From the NCBI RefSeq assembly GCF_009914755.1, contig NC_060925.1: a stretch of DNA of 64,000 bases; one strand, 5' to 3'. The notes under the pieces were generated by a model. That model did no database searches and was not told the DNA's origin. It saw only the letters and a list, made by a program, of their open reading frames with translations. Made by a program: the position numbers and the translations under genes. Origin of the DNA: the human T2T-CHM13v2.0 reference genome, Homo sapiens. Each line of letters begins with the position of its first letter. Position 1 is the first letter of the stretch. Shown one piece after another: positions 32,080 to 49,652 of the stretch.

Positions 32080-35000
32080 TTTCATGCACGTCTGTGTGAA
32101 GAGACCACCAAATAGGCTTTGTGTGAGCAATAAAGCTGTTTATTTCACCTGGGTGCAGGTGGGCCGAGTCCGAAAAGAGAGTCAGTGAAAGGAGATAAGT
32201 GTGGGGCTGTTTTATAGGATTTGGATAGGTAAAGGAAAATGGGGGGTTGTTCTCTGGCGGGCAGGAGTGGGGGTCACAAGGTACTCAGTGGGGGAGCTTT
32301 TGAGCCAGGATTAGCCAGGAGAAGGACAAGACAATGTCATCAGTTAAAGCAGAAACAGGCCATTTTCACTTCTCTTGTGGTGGAATGTCATCAGTTAAGG
32401 CAGGAACCAGCCATCTGGATGTGTATGTGCAGGTCACAGGGGATATGATGGCTTCGCTTGGGCTCAGAGGCCTGACATTCCTGTCTTCTTATATTAATAA
32501 GAAAAATAAAATGAAACAGTGGTAAAGTGTTGGGATGGCAAAAATTTTGAGGGACGGTATGGAGAGATAATGGGCGATGTTTCTCAGGGCTGCTTTGAGC
32601 GGGATTAGGGGCGGCGTGGGAACCTAGAGTGGGAGAGATTAAGCTGAAGGAAGATTTTGTGGTAAGGGGTGATATTGTGGGGTTGTTAGAAGGAACATTT
32701 GTCATTTAGAATTATTGGTGATGGCCTGGATACAGTTTTGTATGAATTGAAAAACTAAATGGAATAAGAGAAGGAGAAAAACAGGTATGAAAGGTCTAAG
32801 AATTGGGACGACTCAGGACATCTGATTAGAGAGTGCCTAAGGAGATTCAGCATAGTCCTGTCAGCAAAGATTATTTATTTATTTCAAGAGTTAAGAGTGG
32901 CAGTTTGGGGATAGCACTAGGAGATATCAGCTGTGATGGCTTGGAGAAAGAGTGTAAACCGGCATTGTAAACAAGAGCAGGGCATGTATGAGTAGTTGAA
33001 AACAGTCAATAGAAGTATGACTAGAGAGAAGACAGTAGGGATGACAAGTTTTTTGGGGGCACAGTCTAAGTTGGTCTGGTGTCTGGAATGAGACTGGGGC
33101 CTAATAAAAAGGAGTGTCTATACTGGAGCTCAAATGGGCTCTGCCTTGTAGCATTCTGAGGACAGGTATGACTTCTGAGAAGGGAAAGTGGTAGAAGTAT
33201 TGTCCAGTCCTTTGTAAGTTGGTGGCTGAGCTTGGTGACGTGTGTTTTTAAAAGACCTTTAGTCCATTCTACTTTTCTTGAAGACTGAGGACTGTAAGGG
33301 ATATAAAGGTTTCACTGAATACTAAGAACCTGAAAAAATGCTTGGCTGATTTGACTGATAAAGGCTGGTCTGTTATCAGACTGTATAGAGGTAGGAAGGC
33401 TAACCTGAGGAATTATGTCTGACAGAAGGGAAGAAATGACTGCGGTGGCCTTCTCAGACCCTGTAGGAAAGGCCTCTACTTATCCAGTGAAAGTGTCTAC
33501 CTAGACTAAGAGGTATTTTAGTTATCTGACTCGGGGCATGTTGAGTAAAGCTAATTTGCCAGTCCTGGGTGGGGGCAAATCTTCGAGCTTGATGTGTAGG
33601 GAAGGGAGGGGGCCTGAATAATCCCTGAGGAGTAGTAGAATAGCAGATGGAACACTGAGAGGTTATTTCCTTGAGGATAGATTTCCATGATGGAAAGAAA
33701 ATGAGAGGTTTTAAGAGGCAGGCTTGTGGCTTGTACTATAGCATAGCCTGCCTTTGCTGGTGTGTGGCGATTAGGCCTGGTGGAACTGCCATCAATAAAT
33801 CAAGCATGATCAGGGTGAGGAACAGGAAAGAAGGAAATATGGGGAAATGGGGTGAATGTCAGGTGGATCAGAGAGATACAGTCATGGGGGTCAGGTGTGG
33901 TATCAGGAATAATGTGGGAGGCCAGATTGAGGTCTGGGCCAGGAACAATGATAATTGTGGGAGTTAACAAAAAGTGAGTACAGCTGAAGGAGCGGGGGAG
34001 CAGAAAGTATATGAATCAGGTATGAGGAAGAAAATAGATTTTGGAAGTTATGAGACATGTAGAGAGTGAGTTGAGCATAGTTCGTGATTTTTAGGGCCTC
34101 TAAAAGTATTAAAGCAGTGGCAGCCGCTGCATGAAGACATAAGGGCTAAGCTAAAATAGTAAGGTCAATTTGTTTGGACAGAAAGGCTACAGGGTGTGGT
34201 CCTGGCTTTTGTGTAAGAATTCTGACCCCACTAACCATGCCTAGGAAGGAAAGGAGTTGTTGTTTTGAAAGGGATTGAGGTTTGGGAGATTAATCAGACA
34301 CGATCAGCAGGGAGAGCACGTGTGTTTTTATGAGACTTATGCCGAGAGAGGTAACAGATGAGGATGAAATTTGGGCTTGACTGAAGTAATGGGGGCTGTC
34401 TGTGAAGCCTTGAGGCAGTACAGCCTAGGTAATTTGCTGAGCCTAATGGGTGTCAGGGTCAGTCTAAGTGAAAGCAAAGAGAGGCTGGGATGAAAGGTGC
34501 AAAGGAATAGTAAAGAAAGCATGTTTGAGATCCAGAACAGAATAATGGGTTGTGGAGGGAGGTATTGAGGATAGGAGAGTATATGGGTTTGGCACCACAG
34601 GGTGGATAGGCAAAACAATTTGGTTGATAAGGCATAGATCCTGAACTAACCTGTAAGTCTTGTCTGGTTTTAGGACAGGTAAAATGGGGGAATCATAAGG
34701 AGAGTTTATAGGCTTTAAAAGGCAATGCTGTAGCAGGTGAGTGATAACAGGCTTTAATCCTTTCAAAGCATGCTGTGGGATGGGATATTGGCATTGAGCT
34801 GGGTAAGGGTGATTAGGTTTTAATGAGATGGTAAGGGGTGCATGATCGGTTGCCAAGGAGGGAGTAGAGGTATCTTATACTTGTGGGTTAAGGTGGGGGG
34901 ATACAAGAGGAGAACGCAAAGGAGGCTTTGGATTGGGAAGAAGGGCAGCAATGAGATGCAGCTGTAATCCAGGAATAGTCAGGGAAGCAGATAATTTAAA

Positions 35001-37762
35001 GTGTCTCGGCCTAATAAGGGAACTGGGCAGGTGGGGATAACTAAAAGGGAGTGCATAAAGGAGTATTGTCTAAGTTGGCACCAGAGCTGGGGAGTTTTAA
35101 GAGGTTTAGAAGCCTGGCCGTCAATACGCACAACAGTTATGGAAGCAAGAGAAACAGGCCCTTGAAAATAAGGTAATGTAGAGTGAGTAGCCTCTGTATT
35201 GATTAAGAAGGAGACGGACTTACCCTCCACTGTGAGAGTTACCCGAAGCTCAGCGTCCGTGATGGTCGAGGGGGCTTGCAAGGCAATCGGGCAGCGTCAG
35301 TCTTCAGCCGCTAAGCCAAGAAGATCTGGGAAGGAGTCAGAGAGCCTTGGGCCAGAGTTCCAGGGGCTCTGGGAGTGGCTGCCAGGTGAGTTGGACAGTC
35401 TGATTTCCAGTGGGGTCCCGCACAGATGGGATGTGGCTTAGGAGGAAACCTGGGCTGCAGGCATTCTTTGGCCTGGTGGCCAGATTTCTGGCACTTGTAG
35501 CAAGCTCCTGGGGGAGGAGGTTCTGGAGGAACACCTGGCCACTGCGGTTCAGGCGTTTGGAAGTTCTTGTGTGCTGGAGATGTGACTGGGGTTTGTCTCA
35601 CAGTGGAGGCAAGGAATTGCAACTGTTTTCTATTATTGTACACCTTGAAGGCGAGGTTAATTAAATCCTGTTGTGGGGTTTGAGGGCCGGAATTTAATTT
35701 TTGGAGTTTTATTTAATGTCGGGAGCAGATTGGGCAATAAAGTGTATATTGAGAATAAGACGGCCTTTTGACCTTTTAGGGTCTAGGCTGTAAAGCGTCT
35801 CAGGGTTGCTGCCAAACAAGTCATGAACTGGGCTGGGTTTTTCATATTTGATGAAAGAGCCTAAATGCTCACTGATTTGGGAGAGGTCTGATAAAGAAAA
35901 AGGAGCATTAATCTTGACTATGCCTTTAGCTTCAGCCACCTTTTTAAGAGTAAATTGCTGGGCAGGTGGGGGAGGGCTAGTCACGGAACAAAACTGTAAG
36001 CCAGACCAGGTGTGAGGAGGAGAGGTGATAAAAGGATTATAGGGTGGAGGAGCAGAGGCTGAGGAAGAATTGGGACCTAGCTTGGCCTGGCAAGGAGCAG
36101 CCTGGGGAGGAGGGGAGAGGTCAGATGGGTCTGTAGAAAAGGAAGATTAGGAAGACTCAGAGGCGCTTGGGGTTGGGACTGAGGGGGCAGGTGGGAGAGA
36201 AAGAAGGAAGATTTGGGATAAGCTGCATTGGGAACAGAGACTAGAGAGGGACTGATGTGTAAAAGAATGCCTGGCTGTCAGGCACCTCAGACCATTTGCC
36301 TATTTTACGACAAGAATTATTTAGATCTTGTAGGATGGAAAAATTGAAAGTGCCATTTTCTGGCTATTTGGAACTACTGTCGAGTTTGTATTGGGGTCAA
36401 GCGGCATTACAGAAGAAAATAAGACACTTGGATTTTAGGTCAGGTGAGAGTTGAAGAGGATTTAAGTTCTTAAGAACATAGGCTGAGGGAGAAGGAGGAA
36501 TGGAAGGTGGAAGGTTGCCCATAGTGAAGGAGGCAAGCCCAGAGAAGAGAGTAGAGACACGGAGGGAAGGGGTTCGGGGGTTCTTACCCTCCAGAAAAGT
36601 GGGAAAGGGGTAGGGGCACAGAGATACAAGATAGGGGCATGGAAATAAGGGATTGGGGCGCAGAGGTATAAGAGGTTGGGGCACAGAAATAAGGGATTGG
36701 GGCACAGAGATATAAGGTGTTGGGGCGTGGAAATAAGGGTTCGGGGCACAGAGATACGAGGTTGGGCTACTTGCCCCTCCCCTAGAAAAGCAGGACTTGC
36801 CACTAAGGGTGAAGGAGAAGGGGTTGGGGGTTTCTTGCCCCCCAGAAAGGTGGAGAAGGAGTAGAGACATGGAGAGAAGGGGTTGGGGTACTTGCCCCTC
36901 CCCCAGAAAAGCGGGACTTGCCACTAAGGGTGAAGGACCAAGGCAGGTGTCCCTGCATGGTCTGACACCTCTGAAACGTGGGTGAATAATCAGAGAGGTG
37001 TCCCTGCAATGATTAAACACCAAGGGAAGGCTGCCTTCCCAGTCCGTGACTGGTGCTGGAGTTTTGGGTCCACGGATAAAACAGGTCTCCTTTGTCTCTA
37101 TCAGAAAATGAAAGGAATTGAAATTAAGAGAAGGGAGAGATGGAAGAGTGGAAAGGAGAAAGTGGTTGAGGGATAGTGAGAGAGGTTGGAGAAGAGAGTA
37201 AGAAGAGGCCGCTTACCGGATTTAAAATTGGTGAGATGTTCCTTGGGCTGGTGGGTCTGAGGACCTGAGGTCATAGGTGGATCTTTCTCATGGAGCAAAG
37301 AACAGGAGGACAGGGATTGATCTCCCAAGGGAGGTCCCCCGGTCTGAGTCACGGCACCAAATTTCATGTGTGTCCATGTGAAGAGACCACCAAACAGGCT
37401 CTGTGTGAGCAATAAAGCTGTTTATTTCACCTGGGTGCAGGTGGGCTGAGTCCAAAAAGAAAGTCAGCAAAAGGGGATAAGGTTGGGGCCATTTTATAGG
37501 ATTTGGGTAGGTAAAGGAAAAAAGGGGGTTCTCTGGCAGGCAGGAATGGGGGTCACAAGGTACTCAGTGGGGGAGCTTTTGAGCCGGGATGAGCCAGGAG
37601 AAGGAATTTCACAAGACAATGTCATCAGTTAAGGCAGGAACAGGCCATTTTCACTTCTTTTGTGGTGGAATGTCATCAGTTAAGGCAGGAACCGGCCATC
37701 TGGGAGTGTATGTGCAGGTCACAGGGGATATGATGGCTTCGCTTGGGCTCAGAGGCCTGACA
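32080..37762 (-). mobile_element. HERV-H provirus, common 5.7-kb deleted form, both LTR7 present
   Basis: LTRs 37362-37762 and 32080-32477 (TGTCAGGCCTCTGAGCCC...CATGAAA); 5-bp TSD TTGAG (32075-32079, 37763-37767); His-type PBS 37342-37359; PPT 32478-32490; gag zinc knuckle CYKCQKSGHQAKEC; pol fragment YRLVQDL...VLDLKHAFF. Confidence 0.96.
37342..37359 (-). other. HERV-H primer binding site (tRNA-His type)
   Basis: TGGTGCCGTGACTCAGAC just 3' of the 5' LTR, two mismatches to TGGTGCCGTGACTCGGAT. Confidence 0.9.
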
Positions 37763-38223
37763 TTGAGCACCTGTTGTGCACCAGGCTTGACACACCCATC
37801 ATCTCAATATAAATCTTAACACATCTCTACCAAGTGGACATGCCCCCCATATATCAGTGTTCAGAGAAATTAGGGAGCTGGTCCAAGGAGAGTAAGTGGT
37901 GGAACCAGGTGCTGGACACTGGACTTCTTAGGAAAGATGTCACAAATCAGGCACTGATGGCCAGAATGGGTCTCAGCTTTGTTCAACTTAAATATAGGAT
38001 ACAAGCATGTAGTCCAACAGACCAAAGAAGAGTGAAAGTTTTTTAACAAAAATAGCAGCCTCCTCCTCCTCTCTTCCATACCCCCACCCTGCTTTTTTTC
38101 TCTTACAGCTGGTTCCATTTGGCAGGACAGCTCCTTGAGGGCAAGGACTGTCCCCCAATCTCTGTGTGCCCAGTGCCCAACACAGGCCAGTGTCCTGAAG
38201 TCAACTGGTCCTTAGTTTGATCC

Positions 38224-40987
<2,764 letters not shown>

Positions 40988-41515
40988 CTATTCCATCTCC
41001 CTTCTCTGTGCTCTTAATGCAGGCAGTGCTCTTAATTGGCCCTTGCTTTCACTCGCATCTGTGTGAAGAGACCACCAAACAGGCTTTGTGTGAGCAGCAA
41101 GTCTGTTTATTTCACCTGGGTGCAGGCAGGCTGAGTCCGAAAAGAGAGTCAGCGAAGGGGAGATAGGGGTGGGGCCATTTTATGAGATTTGGGTAGGTAA
41201 AGGAAAATTACAGTCAAAGGGGGGGTTGTTCTCTGGCGGGCAGGAGTGGGGGTCACAAGATGCTCAGTGGGGGTGCTTTTTGAGCCAGGATGAGCCAGGA
41301 GAAGGAATTTCACAAGACAGTGTCATCAGTTAAGGCAAGGACCGGCCATTTGCACTTCTTTTATGGTGGAATGTCATCAGTTAAGGCAGGAACAGGCCAT
41401 TTTCATTTCTTTTCTGATTCTTCAGTTACTTCAGGCCATCTGGGCATATACGTGCAGGTCACAGGGGATGCGATGGCTTAGCCTGGGCTCAGAGGCCTGA
41501 CATTCCTGCCTTCTT

Positions 41516-41819
41516 TTTTTTTTTTTTTTTTCTTTTTTGAGACGGAGTCTCACTCTGTCGCCCAGGCTGGAGTGCAGTGGCGCGATCTCGGCTCACTGCA
41601 AGCTCCGCCTCCCGCGTTCATGCCATTCTCCTGCCTAAGCCTCCTGAATAGCTGGGACTACAGGCGCCCGCCACCACGCCTGGCTAATTTTTTGTATTTT
41701 TAGTAGAGAAGGGGTTTCATCGTGTTAGCCAGGATGGTCTCGATCTCCTGACCTCATGATCCACCTGCCTCAGCCTCCCAAAGTGCTGGGATTACAGGTG
41801 TGAGCCACTGCACCTGGCC
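41516..41819 (-). mobile_element. AluY-like element inserted in the polypurine tract of the second HERV-H
   Basis: TSD CCTGCCTTCTT at 41505-41515 and 41820-41830. Confidence 0.93.
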
Positions 41820-42042
41820 CCTGCCTTCTTACATTAATAAGAAAAATAACATAAAATAGTATTGAAGTGTTGGGGCAGCAAAAAAAAATTTTTTTGGGGG
41901 GGGTGGCATGGAGAGATAATGGGCGATGTTTCTCAGGGCTGCGGATTAGGGGTGGCATGGGAACCTACAGTGGGAGAGGTCAAGTTGAAGGAGGATTTTG
42001 TGGTAAGGGGTGATATTGTGGGGTTGTTAGAAGGAGCATTTG

Positions 42043-43900
42043 TCATATAGAATGATTGGTGATGCCATGGATACAGTTTTGGATGAATTGAGAAACTAAA
42101 CAGAAGATACAAGGTCCGAATAAAAGAAGGAGAAAAGTAGGTATTAAAGGACTGAGAATTGGGAGGACCCAGGACATCCAATTAGAGAGTGCCCAAGGGG
42201 GTTCAGCGTAATTACTTGCTTGGTTGGCAAGTTTTTGGGCTCTATCCTTGAGTTTTTTTATGTTGTCATATACCAGGCCAGATTGATTTGGGTAAAAACA
42301 ACACTCTTCATTTAAAAATATACAGAGTCCTCCTTTTTCAGCAGTGAGTAAGTCAAGGCCTCGGCGGTTTTGGAGGATAACTGCAGCTAAAGAGTCAACT
42401 TGGGCCTGGAGGACTGATAAAGTTTGTGATATGTCTCTGATGCTACCAGAGAAGTCATTAGACAGGCTACGGAAGGTCATGACAGAGGTTGAAATGCCTG
42501 CTATTCCAGTACCGAGAGCAATAATGGAGGCAGACAGTCCTAAACCGACCATCAAGGGAATTACTAGAATAACTCTTTTTTGTCATGTCGATGTCATGAG
42601 GGGAAAAGGGAGCTCTTAGGTCCCATGTGCAAATTGAATTTTGGGAGTAAGGAAAACTAGTGTGCATGTGCCTGTCCAATTAGCAGGTAGACACATGTAG
42701 GTAGAGGATCCACAGAGGAAGAAGAGACCTTGTGCGAGGTAAAACTGGAGATGCAAAGTAAAAAGATGAGAAGGAGTGCTGAAAGGGGTGTCTTGTACCC
42801 AGACTCCTAGGGATCCAGCTAGGGCAGCAGCCATCAGAGGTTGTAATGGGGACTGAGGAGGTAACTGCGTAGGGGGGGAGGTTCGATTTTCATGGTGTAG
42901 GAGAAAACGTTGAGTGTCTATGAGCAAATTTTCACTGTTATTTTCAGGGCTTGTTTACTAAGTAAACAAGAAGAGGGCCTGGGAGGAGAGTCTGATGAGC
43001 AAGGGGAAGGTAGCCAAGGATGGAGTGAAATACAAGGTAAGCGTCTTCCTAAGCAATAATTACTGCTAATGTTTTTAAGTTTGCCAGTATTGATAGAGGG
43101 CTTATCTGTAATATGGAGCTGGAAGGCTCCAATTGTTTCAGTGATGTGTATAGTTGGGCTTTGGAAATGAAGAGTAAAGGAACATTGAGAAGGTGAAAAG
43201 TTACCCAGGGGAATTCCAGTGGGTCTTTGCCGAGAGATACATAAATGAGTGGAATAGTAGTTTGTGTTGTGAGGGGTCCAAATACGGGGGGAGTAGAGTT
43301 GATATAAGGAGAAAGGTTTTTTAAGTAAGTGTGAAGGAGGGCAGCAGCTTGCTGATGTGAAATGTCTGGGGAGGTCCTGCTGGACCTATCTAGAAAGTAA
43401 ATGAGTTCTTCACGAAGGTAAACGTGAGGGCTGTTAAAGTTAGGAGGCATAGGGAGACAGAAGATGTTGCTCAGTCTGTATGTAAGGCGGGGACAGCTGT
43501 GTAGGCGCTGGAAGAAAGAGAAATGCAAAGCCAGCAGTTGTTTGCTAAGGAAGGTTTAGAAACAGCTAGGAGAGAATGGGTAAGGTTGATAGTGTGGTGG
43601 AGATAGCTGGGGAGAGGTAGAGGGTGGCATAAGAATGGGAATGAGAATCACAGTGAGTATAAAAGTAAAGAATAGAACTTCATCAGGGTGAAAGTATTGG
43701 AGGGTCCCCTGCCAGCAAAGATCATCTATCCACTCTAAGAGGGAGTTAAGAGTGGCAGTTTGGGGATAGCACCAAGAGATATCAGCTGTGATGGCATGGA
43801 GAAACAGTGTAAACTGGCAGTGTAGACAAGAGTAGGACATTTATAAGTAGTTGAGAACAGTGAATAGGAGTATGACTAGACAGAAGATAGTAGGGATGAC
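42043..43900 (-). pseudogene. HERV-H env, frameshifted in SU; TM subunit reading frame open
   Basis: Fragments in several frames (43556-43840, 43049-43528, 42616-42927, 42043-42555); fusion peptide, ISD, CX6CC and anchor WVLPILSPLIPTFLLLLFGPCIF. Confidence 0.9.
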
Positions 43901-46001
43901 TAGTTTTTGGGGTTCGGTCCAAGTAGTGGGGGTGACTTCATAAAGCCCTGTTGCAAAAAGTAGGGTAAGGATGAACAGACCTAATAGAATGAAGGGATGT
44001 ATTAGGCTCACAAGGGTTATTACTGTTCTTCAGAAATATGAGTGAGTTTAAGGGAAGTAGGGGAGAATACTTGCGACTTCCAGGAGGAAGAGGAGGGATT
44101 AGGCTGGCTGTCCGACGGACACAGCTTTATTCTGGAATGGTGAACCCAGTGGGAAGGATCCTGCAGGCAGACAGCAGTTGGGGTACTATAGATGACTAAA
44201 TAGGGTCCTGTCCACGACGTTGTAGAGTTTGAGGGGTCAGATTCTTAACCAGAACTGATCGTCCAGCTAGGGTGTCTTTGTATGGCTGAGAATCTGGAGT
44301 AGGCAAGAGAAGATTAGCAGCCTGGTGGATTTCCTGTCTAGCCTGCTGGAGAACTGGAAGATAGTCGCCTACAGGGCTGGTGTCTGGGATGAGGTTGGGA
44401 CTGAGCAAGAAAGTGCGTGCATATAAAAGTTCAAATGGACTGTACCCTGTAGCATCTCAAGGACAGGCTCTAATTCTGAGAAGGGCAAGAGGTAAAAGTA
44501 CTGTCCAGTCCTTTTTAAGATGGAAGCTGAGCTTGGGGAGGTGTGTCTTTAAAAGACCATTAGTCCGTTCTACCTTTCCTGAAGATTGAGGATGATAAGG
44601 GATATGAAGTTTCCACTGAATACCAAGAGCCTGAGAAACTGCTTGGGTGATTTGACTAGTAAAGGCTGGTCCGTTATCAGCCTGTATAGAGGTGGGAAGG
44701 CCAAACCAAGGAATTATATCTGACAGAAAGGAAGAAATGACCGCGGTGGCCTTCAGACCCTGTGGGAAAGGCCTCCACCCATCCAGTGAAAGTGTCTACC
44801 CAGAGCAAGAGGTATTTTAGTTTTTTGACTTGGGGCATGTGAGTAAAGTCAATTTGCCAGTCCTGGGCAGAGGCAAAACCAGGTATCCAAAGTCAAAAGT
44901 ATCTAACCATGCCTAGGAAGGAAAGAAGTTGCTTTGTAGAAGGTGTTGGGGTTTGAGAGATCAGTAGGACACGATCGGCAGGGAGACCACATGTGTTTTT
45001 ATGAAGAATTATGCCGAGGTAGGTAACAGATGGAGTGATTTGATCTCCTGTCCTCCTGTCAGCCTGGTCTGGATGCCTTTTTATTATTAATCAGCAACTG
45101 CCACTTATTGCACGTTAGTTATCACGTGCCACACCGCCTAGGAATGTTCCATATGTTCTTACTTTAAGTCTTCACAATAGCTCTGGTGTTACCGGGGGGT
45201 CGTTTCTCCCAGAGCTCCCAAGATGGTGGCGGGCTACTTCCAAAATGGTGGCAAGCCTCGTGTTCTCTGACCTGGGGTTCTTGGCCTCACGGATTCCAAG
45301 GGATGGAATCTTAGGCCATGCGGTGAGTGTTATAGCTCTATTAGAAGCCGTGGGTCATGGAAGAGAACCGTGGAACCCAGTGACTAGTGTTCAGCTCGAT
45401 TAGGATGAACCCGGGCACTGAGCCATGCAGGAACAATGGCAAGCGTTTAGCCCGATCAGGAGCGGCAATGGGTGCCTTGCTGGATCAGGAGCACAGTGGA
45501 CACCCTGCCAGATTCGGAGGGATGAAAGTCAGTGGCGGGTCTGTGACGGCGGCAAACAGCAGTGGTGCACAGCGAGCGAAAGCTCAGCTCCAGCTGTAAC
45601 AAACACGGACCAGAAGAATTGCAGTTGCAAGATTTAATAGAGTGAAAACAGAGCTCCCATACAAAGGGAGGGGACCCAAAGAGGGTAGCCATTGTCAGCT
45701 CGAATGCCTGGGTTTATATCCCGATCATTGTCCCTCCCGCTGTGCTCTCAGGTGATAGATGATTGGCTATTTCTTTACCTCCTGTTTTTGCCTAATTAGC
45801 ATTTTAGTGAGCTCTCTTTACTACTTGATTGGTTGGGTGTGAGCTAAGTTGCAAGCCCCATGTTTAAAGGTGGATGCGGTCACCTTCCCAGCTAGCTTAG
45901 GGATTCTTAGTTGGCTTTGGAAATCCAGCTAGTCCTGTCTCTCAGTTCCCCCTCTTTAACAGGAAAACCCAAGTGCTGTTGGGGAGGTTGGCCGACAACC
46001 T

Positions 46002-47972
<1,971 letters not shown>

Positions 47973-47989
47973 GGGGATTTATGATTTTA

Positions 47990-49652
47990 GTTACTTTCCT
48001 CACAGTTGTCTGACAGCCACAAGTCTCCTTTAGCAATGAGTATGGCGTTCACATCATGAGATGACCACACAGTAAGATCTCTTCCCTGTATTTTAACTGC
48101 TTCAGATACTAAGACTGCTACTGCTGCCACTACCCATAAACAATGAGGCCAACCCTTTGCCACTACATCAATTTCCTTGCTCAGGTATGCCATGGGTTGC
48201 AAGCTCATCCCTCGGACCTGTGTAAGGTCTCCTAGAGCTATTCCTGTGTTTTACTGTGACATATAAAGAAAATTCTTGCCCCGTTGGCAAGCTTAACACT
48301 GGGGCTTGGGTTAGGGCCTCCTTTAGGGCCTGGAAAGCCGCTTCTGCTTCAGGTGTCCATCTTAGTAAATGGGTATTGGCTTTCTGAGTTTCCTTAATTA
48401 GTATATATAATGGCCTGGCTATTTTGCCGTACCTGGGAATCCATATTCGGAAGAAACCTGTTATGTCAAGGAACCTTCTTAGTTGCTTTAGGGTTTTGGG
48501 ATGAGGATAAGCCAGCATAGGCTGGATACATTCCTCACTGAGGGCCCTGGTGCCTTTGGATAATTTTAGCCCTAAGTATTTAACCTGCTGTGAGCAGAGC
48601 TGAGCCTTTGGTTTGTAAACCTTGTAGCCACAGGTAGCAAGGATATTTAAGAGTGCTTGGGTGGCTTGATGGCACAAGGTTTCTGAATGGGTGGCTAAAA
48701 GTAAATCATCCATGCACCAAAGGACAAGAATGTCCAGGTATGAGAATTGGCTCAAGTCTTGGGCTAATGCCTGGCCAAATAGATGGGGGCTATCCCTGAA
48801 CCCTTGAGGTAAAACAGTCCAGGTGAGTCGAGACGTTGGGTTTGAAGGATCTTCAAAGGCAAATAAGAATTGAAAGTCAGGATGTACAGGGATGCAGAAA
48901 AAGGCATCATTAAGGTCCAGGACTGTAAACCACTCTGCTTCCTCTGGTATTTGGGAAAGCAGAGTGTAAGGGTTAGGTACAGCTGGGTATAGAGGGACAA
49001 TGGCCTCATTGATAATCCTGAGGTCTTGCACTAACCTCCACTGCCTGTTGGGTTTCTGTACTCCTAAAATTGGAGTATTGCAGGGGCTATTGCATGGTTT
49101 TACTAGGCCTTGGGCATTTAGGTCCATAACGATCTTTTGGAGTCCCTGTTGGGCCTTGGGTCTAAGCGGGTACTGCCTTTGGTAGGGAAAGGAGGTGGAA
49201 TCCTTTAGTTTAACTTGAACAGGATGGGCATTCTTTGCTCGCCCATATTGTCCTTCTGTTGTCCAGACTTCAGAATTAATTCCTTCTTCAAGCAGGGGAC
49301 AACAAACAGGTGTTCCTTTTCCTACGTTCAGATGTATAATGGCCCCTGCTTTTGCTACAATGTCTCTCCCTAACAAGGGAGTGGGGCTTTCAGGCATAAT
49401 TAGAAAGGCATGTGAAAAGAGTAAAGTTCCCCAGTCACAACTTAGTGGCTGGGAGAAGTATCTAGTGACTGCCTGTCCTAGGACCCCTTGGATAGTGACA
49501 GATGTGGAGGACAGTTGTCCAGGACAGAAGAGTAAGACTGAGAAGGCCGTGCCAGTGTCCAGGAGACAGTTAACCTCCTGGCCCTCAATGGCCAAGCATA
49601 CCCAGGGCTCTGTGAGGGTGATGGCATGGGCTGGCACTTGCCCCGGGCACCC
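47990..49652 (-). pseudogene. HERV-W pro-RT (489-codon open stretch 48168-49637); RNase H and integrase deleted
   Basis: Protease LLDTGT; RT motifs WRLVQDLR, VLDLNDAFF, LPQGFRDSP and CMDD in place of YxDD; in frame with the gag TGA as in gamma-type readthrough. Confidence 0.93.

Larger units (their letters stand above)
41047..45035 (-). mobile_element. Second HERV-H, 5'-truncated: integrase remnant, env region and 3' LTR7 (41047-41502)
   Basis: LTR7 ends; TM ORF 42043-42555 with LQNRRGLDLLTAEKGGLCIFLNEECCF; IN-like fragments 44196-44880; no 5' LTR, gag or RT. Confidence 0.92.

Noticed and set aside
36590-36940. Roughly 21-bp tandem repeats (GGGGCACAGAGATA...) resembling a repeat-spacer array, and the 208-aa ORF 36397-37023
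   Set aside because: Normal HERV-H leader repeats with no unique spacers; eukaryotic context, so not CRISPR.
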